In this document: one piece after another, positions 15,640 to 21,781 of the stretch
How positions within the stretch are numbered: the first letter of the stretch is position 1
Layout of the letters: each line of letters opens with the position of its first letter
Source: a bacterium
GTDB lineage: Bacteria; Methylomirabilota; Methylomirabilia; CAVQYV01
Length of the DNA: 21,781 nucleotides
Direction of reading: 5' to 3'
Assembly (NCBI GenBank): GCA_043800755.1
Contig: JAZDMQ010000130.1
Span: 1 to 21,781, forward strand
Translations under genes and position numbers: made by a program
The notes under the pieces: model-generated
The model's input: only the letters and a program-made list of their open reading frames with translations
Told to the model about the DNA's origin: nothing
Database searches by the model: none

Positions 15640-17022
15640 CTATGCCCCCTTGGTCCGGCCTGCATATTGGGCGTAGACCTCGGGCAGGTGTCGCTTCACC
15701 AAGGCCAGCATCTCCTGCTCGGAGAAGGAGGTAACCCGCCCCTCGTCGTATTGTGCGGTGATCTCCTCATAGATCTTCTGGACCCCGGGATCGGACTTGG
15801 AGACCTCCAGGCCGCAGTTCTCCATGATCCAGCGGGCTATCCCCGCCACCCCGGATTTGTCGGTAATAGCCACCTTGGGGGGCCTGCCCAGGAGGGTGGC
15901 GGTATCGAAGGGGTTGTAGACCTCCTCGAACTTCAGGAGGCCGTCCGCGTGGATGCCGGCCTGGGTGGTATTGAAGTGCCTGCCCACCAGGGGTTGCCAC
16001 GGCGGGATGGTGAGGCGGCCCTCCTTCTCGATGTATTCTGCAATCTCGGTGACCTTGCGTAGGTTCACCCCGTTGAGGGTGCCCTTCAGGCCCACATAGT
16101 GGATCAGGGCCCCGGTTAAGGGGCAGTTGCCCGTGCGCTCGCCGATGCCCAGGATGGTGGAGTTAGCGTACATCGCCCCGTAGACCCAGGCGGCCACGGT
16201 GTTGGCGGTGACCAGGTGGAAGTCGTTGTGACTGTGGATCTCCAGGCGGTCTGAGGGGATGCCCGCATAGGCCATAAGGTAATAGACGATCTTGGGGATG
16301 GAGCGGGGCAGCGCGGCATGAGGCCAGGGAAGCCCGAAGCCCAGGGTATCGCAGAGCCTGATCTTGATGAAGAGGCCGGACTCTTTGGAGAACTCCATGA
16401 GCGTCTGGGCGAAGGGCACCACCGCCCCCCAGAAGTCGGCCCGGGTGATGTCCTCGAAGTGACAGCGGATGGCCTTCAGGCCGGCATCCGCGGCCGACTT
16501 GACCACCTCCATGTATTTGTCAATAGCGTCCCTGCGCGAGGAGAGTCCCATCTTTTTGAAGATGTGGTAGTCGGAGATGGAGGTGAGGATGCCCGTCTCC
16601 TTGAGCCCCATCTCCTTCACCAGTTGAAAATCCTTGGGGTGCGCCCGGATCCAGCCCGTCACCTCCGGATAGGCAAAACCGAGGCCCTGGACCCTCTCCA
16701 CCGCCTCCCGGTCCTTCTTGGTGTAGAGGAAGAACTCGGACTGTCGAATGACGCCGTTCGGCCCGCCCAGCTCGTGGAGGAGGGTGAAGAGGTCCACGAT
16801 CTGCTGGACCGAATAGGGCGGCCTGGCCTGCTGGCCATCCCGGAAGGTGGTGTCGGTCACATAGATCTCCGCCGGCATGCAGGGTGGGACCGAGACCCCC
16901 TCAAAGGTGATGTAAGGGGGTTCGACGAAGGGAAAATACTCCCTCATCAAATTGGCTTCTCCGGGCTCCACCAGGGGAAATTTGGATACAGGTGGATGTA
17001 GAAAGTTCTCCCACTTCCTCAT
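15640..17022 (-). CDS. rcs: Re-citrate synthase (DRE-TIM metallolyase, isopropylmalate/homocitrate synthase superfamily) (460 aa)
   Basis: DTTFRDGQQARPPY, LGGPNGVIRQSEFFLY, PEVTGWIRA, RCHFEDITRAD, KIRLCDTLG, HSHNDF, GERTGN and AGIHADG match what I recall of Clostridium kluyveri/Syntrophus aciditrophicus Re-citrate synthases. No LeuA regulatory domain. GAGGAGG RBS. Confidence 0.85.
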   Translation of the reverse strand: MRKWENFLHPPVSKFPLVEPGEANLMREYFPFVEPPYITFEGVSVPPCMPAEIYVTDTTFRDGQQARPPYSVQQIVDLFTLLHELGGPNGVIRQSEFFLYTKKDREAVERVQGLGFAYPEVTGWIRAHPKDFQLVKEMGLKETGILTSISDYHIFKKMGLSSRRDAIDKYMEVVKSAADAGLKAIRCHFEDITRADFWGAVVPFAQTLMEFSKESGLFIKIRLCDTLGFGLPWPHAALPRSIPKIVYYLMAYAGIPSDRLEIHSHNDFHLVTANTVAAWVYGAMYANSTILGIGERTGNCPLTGALIHYVGLKGTLNGVNLRKVTEIAEYIEKEGRLTIPPWQPLVGRHFNTTQAGIHADGLLKFEEVYNPFDTATLLGRPPKVAITDKSGVAGIARWIMENCGLEVSKSDPGVQKIYEEITAQYDEGRVTSFSEQEMLALVKRHLPEVYAQYAGRTKGA

Positions 17023-17086
17023 GGCGCAAGACCTCCTCTCGGTTCCTTCCCGCTTTCTTGTTTCAGGAGAATGTTTAAATTTTCCC

Positions 17087-17115
17087 TTTATACCAGATCG
17101 AGTGATTCATCTCAA
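17087..17115 (-). promoter_or_regulatory. Sigma70 promoter (extended -10) of the rcs-leuC-leuD-icd operon
   Basis: TTGAGA (17115-17110), 17 nt ending in TGG, TATAAA (17092-17087). Confidence 0.6.
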
Positions 17116-17167
17116 TGGAAATCTGCCCCGCCTCTGCCTCGCTGTCCACGGGAGGAAGAAAAATCCC

Positions 17168-17197
17168 TTGACACCCTTTTCCGGGAAAGGGTATTTT
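17168..17197 (+). promoter_or_regulatory. Sigma70 promoter of OYE copy 2 with a dyad-symmetric spacer
   Basis: TTGACA, 18 nt, TATTTT. ACCCTTTTCC|GGGAAAGGGT (17173-17192) is a 20-bp palindrome with one mismatch. Confidence 0.6.
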
Positions 17198-17240
17198 CCG
17201 GGCACGGAAGACACCTGAACATTGCTGGAAGGAGACCACG

Positions 17241-18368
17241 ATGGCGAAAGATGATGTTGGGGACTACCCGCTTTTCTTCGGTCCGGCAGAGATTGCCGGA
17301 CTGAAGCTCCGCAATCGGCTGGTGATGGCCCCCACGACGGTGAACCTCGGCAATCCGAACGGGACGCCCTCGGACCACCAGATCGAATTCTACCGGATGC
17401 GGGCTGAGGGAGGAATCGGCCTGATCATCGTGGAGGCAACCCTCGTCCGGGCCGACGGCCGCATGTTCGCGGCCAATTTGAGCCTCGACCAGGACAGCCA
17501 GATCCCACGGTTTCGACTCCTCTCCCGAGCGATCAAGGAGGCAGGTGCCAGGGCCGGGATTCAACTGGCCCACGCAGGACGTCGGGCCGACCCAACCCTC
17601 ACCGGAAGCCAGCCCATTGGCCCCTCGCCCATCCCCGATCCTCTCCGTCAGATAGTCCCGCGGGAGCTGAGAGAAGAGGAGCTCCCTGGGCTTGCCCAGG
17701 ATTTTGTGGCCGCGGCTGAGCGGGCCCGGGAAGCCGGCTTCGACCTCGTCTCCCTCCATATGGCGCACGGCTATCTTCTGCATCAATTCCTTACCCCCCT
17801 GGCCAACCAGCGCCAGGACCAGTACGGGAGAGATCTGCAGGGCCGGCTTCGCCTTCCCCTGGAGGTGCTCAGAGGAGTACGGGCCCGCCTCGGGCCAGAG
17901 ATGGTCATTTCCTGTCGCCTCAGCGCTGAGGACGGGGTAGAAGGAGGTCTGAGGATCTCCGACACCTGCCAGATTGCCAAGAGGCTGAAAGATGCGGGTG
18001 CGGACCTCCTGGACGTCTCCTTTGGCTTTCCCGGCTCGACGCCGCTCACCTCGCCCACCCAGGATTTTCCGGCAGCCTGTTTCGTACCCTTTGCGGAAAA
18101 GATCCGGGAGGCTGCGGGCCCCCCGGTCATGGCCGTGGGGAAGATCTGGGACCCGGAATTGGCCGAAGAGATCCTCAGGTCCGGGAAGGCCGATCTGATT
18201 GCCCTCAGCAGACCCCTGCTGGCGGATCCCGACCTGCCCCGAAAGTGGCAGGATGGCCGGCTCGGTGAGGTTCGGCCTTGCATCGCCGGCAACAAGGGAT
18301 GTCTCGGGCGCCTCCATCAGAACCTGGAGGTCCGTTGCTCGGTTAACCCCTCCCTGGGCCGCGTATGA
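17241..18368 (+). CDS. NADH:flavin oxidoreductase / Old Yellow Enzyme family, copy 2 (375 aa)
   Basis: AAGGAG RBS. Collinear with copy 1. Motifs HMAHGYLLHQFL and the tail CIAGNKGC-x11-CSVNP. Confidence 0.94.
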   Translation: MAKDDVGDYPLFFGPAEIAGLKLRNRLVMAPTTVNLGNPNGTPSDHQIEFYRMRAEGGIGLIIVEATLVRADGRMFAANLSLDQDSQIPRFRLLSRAIKEAGARAGIQLAHAGRRADPTLTGSQPIGPSPIPDPLRQIVPRELREEELPGLAQDFVAAAERAREAGFDLVSLHMAHGYLLHQFLTPLANQRQDQYGRDLQGRLRLPLEVLRGVRARLGPEMVISCRLSAEDGVEGGLRISDTCQIAKRLKDAGADLLDVSFGFPGSTPLTSPTQDFPAACFVPFAEKIREAAGPPVMAVGKIWDPELAEEILRSGKADLIALSRPLLADPDLPRKWQDGRLGEVRPCIAGNKGCLGRLHQNLEVRCSVNPSLGRV

Positions 18369-19636
18369 TCCCTCCTGCTCCCTCCCTCAATCATCCCCCG
18401 ACTCAGGGGGCTCCTGCAGGCCCAGGGACCGGGGGCACCGGGGCCGGGCAGTTATCCCTGCGGGGCCACTACGGATGGGTGGTTGTCCTCCTGGGGATCC
18501 TCAATGTGCTGGGGAGCATTGGCTTCGCCCGTTTCGGTTACCCCCTGATCCTGCCCAGCATGAAGGAGAGCCTGGATCTGACCCATACCCAGATGGGGCT
18601 CCTGGGGTCGGGGAATTTCGTGGGCTACCTCACGGCCTCGCTGCTGGGTGGCTATTGGGCGAGCAAATACGGTCCCAAGCGGGTGATTCTCCTCTCCCTG
18701 GCCCTGGTGGGGATCTGTATGATCCTGACCGGCCTCTCGGACAGCTTCCTCTTTGCGCTGGGGATGCGGTTTCTGACCGGACTGGGAAGCGGCGGCTCCT
18801 ACATCCCCATGATCGGGCTCTGCGTGGGGCGGTTCCCGCCCCAACAGCGGGGAGTCGCCTCGGGCCTGATGATCAGCGGCAGCGGCTTTGGCCTCATCCT
18901 CACCGGGTGGATCATCCCTGCCATCATCACCGCTTACGGCGGAGAGGGTTGGAGGATCTGTTGGCAGCTCCTCGGCCTCTGCATCTTCCTCTTCTGGGGA
19001 TTGACCCTCTTCCTACTGCGAGAGCCTCCCCAGGAGAGGTCCTCCTCCGCCTCCGCCCCCCCGCCCTGGTCCCAGGTCTATAAGAACCGCACCCTGTGGC
19101 GCATGGCCTTCATCTATTTTACCTCTGGCTTCTCCCTCTCCATGTACATGACCTTCTTCGGGGCCCATACTGCCCGGGCCGGGCACCTCTCTCCGGCGGT
19201 CATCGGTCAGATCTGGTCCCTCCTTGGCGGCCTGAGCATCTTTTCTGGCCTGGCCTGGGGATGGGTCTCGGATCGGTTGGGCCGGAGGTTCGCCCTGGTC
19301 GCGGTCTTCGCCCTCCACGGGATCTCCTTTTTCATCTTCTCTCTGGCGCGCCCGGTCTGGTCCTTTTATCTCTCGGCCGCGGTATTGGGAACAGCGGCCT
19401 GGGCTATCGCCTCGATCCTGTCCGCGGCGGTCGCCGATTATGTGGGCCCCAGATTGGCCTCGGCCGCCATCGGCTTCATCACCGTCGTCTTCGGGATCGG
19501 GCAGGTCATCTCCCCCTTCGTGGCAGGGCAGATCGCGGATCACACCGGCTCTTTCTCTTCCGCCTTTGCCCTGGCAGCTGGTGTGGTATTCATCGGCCTG
19601 CTGGGTTGCCTGCGGCTGGGGACGAGATGCACCTGA
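18365..19636 (+). CDS. MFS transporter, YbfB/YjiJ-like (423 aa)
   Basis: About 12 hydrophobic segments. Motifs GFARFGYPLILPSM, GGYWASKYGPKRV and WGWVSDRLGRR (MFS motif A). ATGA overlap with OYE copy 2. Confidence 0.92.
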   Translation: MIPPAPSLNHPPTQGAPAGPGTGGTGAGQLSLRGHYGWVVVLLGILNVLGSIGFARFGYPLILPSMKESLDLTHTQMGLLGSGNFVGYLTASLLGGYWASKYGPKRVILLSLALVGICMILTGLSDSFLFALGMRFLTGLGSGGSYIPMIGLCVGRFPPQQRGVASGLMISGSGFGLILTGWIIPAIITAYGGEGWRICWQLLGLCIFLFWGLTLFLLREPPQERSSSASAPPPWSQVYKNRTLWRMAFIYFTSGFSLSMYMTFFGAHTARAGHLSPAVIGQIWSLLGGLSIFSGLAWGWVSDRLGRRFALVAVFALHGISFFIFSLARPVWSFYLSAAVLGTAAWAIASILSAAVADYVGPRLASAAIGFITVVFGIGQVISPFVAGQIADHTGSFSSAFALAAGVVFIGLLGCLRLGTRCT

Positions 19637-19741
19637 GGGGCGAGAGCGGGGGATTGGCCGAGGCGATTCTTTTCCCGGCTGGCTGCGCAGCGTTTCCTTG
19701 TGGCTGAAAGCAGGAGGATCTGAAGGAAGGAGGCTGAACCG

Positions 19742-20830
19742 ATGTCCCAGCTCTTTGCCCCCATCACCATCAACTCCCTGACCCTCGCCAATCGCTTCGT
19801 TCGCTCCGCCACCGCCGAACGGATGGCCGGGGCGGACGGCGGCCTGCTGCCGGAGGCGGCCCGGCTCTACGAGGGCCTGGCCCAGGGAGGGGTCGGCCTG
19901 ATCGTCACCGGCCATGCCTATGTGGCCGCAGAGGGCATTGCCCATCGCTGGATGACGGGGATCCACGAGGACTCCCTCTTGCCCGGCCTGAGGGCGGCCA
20001 CCGAGGCAGTCCATCGCGTCGGGGGTAAGATTGCCATCCAGATCAATCATTCGGGCGGGATGAAGGAGGTCAACCTGGATCAGGGCCCTCCCCTGGCCCC
20101 CTCGGCCTTGCCCTGTGAGCAGACCGGCCATCGGGCCCAGGAGCTGTCCGAGGGGCAGATCGAGCAGATCATCGAGCAATTTGGCCAGGCGGCCCGGCGG
20201 GCCAAATTGGCCAACTTCGATGCCATCCAGATCCATGGGGCGCACGGATATCTGGCCAATCAGTTCCTCTCTCCCCTCACCAATCAGCGGAGGGATCGCT
20301 GGGGCGGCACCCTGGGGAATCGCATGCGCTTCTTGCTCTGCCTCTATCGGCGGGTGCGGGAGGAGGTGGGAATGAGCTATCCCCTCCTTTGCAAGCTGGC
20401 CATCTCCGATTTCAAGGAGGGGGGATTGACAGTCGAGGAGGGCCTGGAGGTGGCGGCTGGGCTGGCTGCGGAGGGCCTCGATGCCCTGGAGATCAGCGGC
20501 GGGCTGGCCGGAAGCCGCTATGTGAAGGGAAGGACCGATCTGGAGTGGATGAAGGAGGAAGGCTTCTTCCGTCCTTATACCCGGAGGGTGAAGGAGGAGG
20601 TGAGGATCCCGGTGATCTTAGTGGGGATGCTACGGCACTTGGAGTTCATGGAACGCATGGTGGCAGAGGGCTACGCAGACCTGGTCGCCCTGTGCCGTCC
20701 CTTCATCCGGGAGCCGGACCTGGTCGATCGCCTGCGAGAGGGGATTGCCCCAGCCTCTACCTGCAGATCCTGCAATCAATGCACCGGCCCCTCCCGCAGC
20801 GAGCCCATCTCCTGCCGGATTGCACACTGA
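19742..20830 (+). CDS. NADH:flavin oxidoreductase / OYE family, third and more distant paralog with a C-terminal Cys cluster (362 aa)
   Basis: AAGGAGG RBS. Motifs NRFVRSAT, GGVGLIVTG, QIHGAHGYL, NQRRDRWGG, CRPFIREPDL and CRSCNQC-x10-C. Confidence 0.93.
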   Translation: MSQLFAPITINSLTLANRFVRSATAERMAGADGGLLPEAARLYEGLAQGGVGLIVTGHAYVAAEGIAHRWMTGIHEDSLLPGLRAATEAVHRVGGKIAIQINHSGGMKEVNLDQGPPLAPSALPCEQTGHRAQELSEGQIEQIIEQFGQAARRAKLANFDAIQIHGAHGYLANQFLSPLTNQRRDRWGGTLGNRMRFLLCLYRRVREEVGMSYPLLCKLAISDFKEGGLTVEEGLEVAAGLAAEGLDALEISGGLAGSRYVKGRTDLEWMKEEGFFRPYTRRVKEEVRIPVILVGMLRHLEFMERMVAEGYADLVALCRPFIREPDLVDRLREGIAPASTCRSCNQCTGPSRSEPISCRIAH

Positions 20831-20869
20831 GGGAAATCGTCCGTAATAGGCCCACAAGGAGACTTTTCC

Positions 20870-21781
20870 TTATTTCGGCAACTGCGCCTTTATGTCCGGG
20901 AATACAACATTATATGTTGAGAGAGTCTTGGCTTTCGGATCATATAGCACGTATTTTAGGCTAAATGTAAAACTCGGCCCAAGCTCCTTGATGTTAATAC
21001 TTCTATCCTTGGGCCTGAAGTGTAGCAAGACATCAGTATTCGACTTGGGATTTAGAATTGGATATTCGCCACCCTCGAGGCTGGTATGGCGATGATCCAT
21101 AAGCCCTCTATCGTAGTCAAAAACATTTCCCTTCTCGTCTATCAGGTCGGGGTTTTGCTCAGCGGATCTTGCTATTACAAATTTCTTCTCTGACTGGTTG
21201 AAGAAGTCTAACATTACCGACACCTGCTCCCTTGAAACGATGATCCTCTTGACGGCTATCAGTATGTCCTCAACCTTCTTGGAGTTTGGGCTTGGGGCAG
21301 AAGGCATTATTCTGGAAGGAGGTGCTTCACCTACAGTGGGAGCTTGCGGACCCGCGGCCTGGCCTGTCTCTATTCCCCTCGCCAAGAGCTCCTCTATCGC
21401 CTTGGTCTTGGGGATTTCCCCAGCAGTGCCAACGATCACCTTAGCAGTCCCCGTATCCAAGACCTTTACCGAAAGCCTCACGCTATCCCCAAATGGGGTA
21501 ATAGTTCCCGTAATCAGGGCTTGAACGCCTGCAATCTCGCCTAACTTGCGTGCGGTAGATGGATCAATCAACCCGGTCATGGCAAGCTTATGCTCTTGCA
21601 GGAGGCTTTTCAGATGGGTCCTGTCCACCACTTCAAATCCCTCACCGGCCCCCGCCATGGCCACCGAGAACTCCTCCGCCAGAAATCGCCCCAGTTCCGT
21701 AACATTGCCCTGAAGGTCTGTGAAGTCAACGACCGCTATGGTCTTCTTGTTGGCCTTCACGATCTTCTCTGCCATAGCGGA
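20870..21781 (-). CDS. FlgO/CsgG-HfaB-like envelope protein with a C-terminal beta-rich domain; the 5' end probably lies outside the window
   Basis: IAVVDFTDLQG..LGRFLAEE..FEVVDR..L..LLQE......GLID..TARKLG..AGVQALITGTI..VRLSVKVLDT is a CsgG/FlgO/TolB-N-type pattern. Pro/Ala linker follows. The frame is open to the window edge and no signal peptide is visible. Confidence 0.75.
   Translation of the reverse strand, partial: SAMAEKIVKANKKTIAVVDFTDLQGNVTELGRFLAEEFSVAMAGAGEGFEVVDRTHLKSLLQEHKLAMTGLIDPSTARKLGEIAGVQALITGTITPFGDSVRLSVKVLDTGTAKVIVGTAGEIPKTKAIEELLARGIETGQAAGPQAPTVGEAPPSRIMPSAPSPNSKKVEDILIAVKRIIVSREQVSVMLDFFNQSEKKFVIARSAEQNPDLIDEKGNVFDYDRGLMDHRHTSLEGGEYPILNPKSNTDVLLHFRPKDRSINIKELGPSFTFSLKYVLYDPKAKTLSTYNVVFPDIKAQLPK

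Larger units (their letters stand above)
11241..18368 (+). repeat. Diverged direct repeat: 11241-12448 and 17161-18368 (promoter + OYE gene), offset 5920 bp
   Basis: Both units start with AAATCCCTTGAC exactly 80 nt before the ATG. Both CDSs are 1128 nt and align without gaps by eye. Confidence 0.9.

Noticed and set aside
13885-17022. Reading the cluster as a leucine (leuA-leuC-leuD-leuB) or alpha-aminoadipate lysine operon
   Set aside because: The synthase carries Re-citrate synthase signatures and lacks the LeuA regulatory domain. The dehydrogenase is a 413-aa E. coli-type IDH rather than LeuB or homoisocitrate dehydrogenase. This reading is disfavoured but not biochemically excluded.
11241-18368. 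Composite transposon (repeats flanking cargo)
   Set aside because: The repeats are diverged enzyme genes. No transposase, terminal inverted repeats or target-site duplication is seen.
17112-20245. 401-aa and 410-aa minus-strand ORFs; likewise the 460-, 328- and 321-aa alternative-frame ORFs elsewhere
   Set aside because: They overlap well-supported genes almost entirely and show no family motifs.

Overview
High-GC bacterial chromosomal window, apparently from a diderm organism with anaerobe-style metabolism. I see no rRNA, tRNA, CRISPR array or intact mobile element. Left to right: the 3' end of a hypothetical gene with a strong hairpin; a small exported TPR protein and a ~1290-aa exported NHL-propeller/FN3/transglutaminase-like/TPR protein; a methyltransferase remnant; a small Cys-rich protein; a probable outer-membrane beta-barrel; and a minus-strand operon of an IT-superfamily permease, a hydantoinase/oxoprolinase A-type ATPase (no B subunit in the window) and an HExxH protein. 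Two duplicated promoter+Old Yellow Enzyme (OYE) units, exactly 5920 bp apart, flank a minus-strand operon of Re-citrate synthase, a LeuC/LeuD-type two-subunit hydratase and NADP-isocitrate dehydrogenase. An MFS transporter, a third OYE and a 5'-truncated FlgO/CsgG-like gene follow. Most notable: (i) the citrate-to-2-oxoglutarate operon in which a LeuCD/homoaconitase-family heterodimer occupies the aconitase slot; (ii) the OYE paralog pair that differs at the catalytic Tyr and at an Fe-S ligand; (iii) the orphan hydantoinase A + HExxH module; (iv) the giant transglutaminase-like envelope protein. All calls come from reading motifs by eye; no database searches were run.
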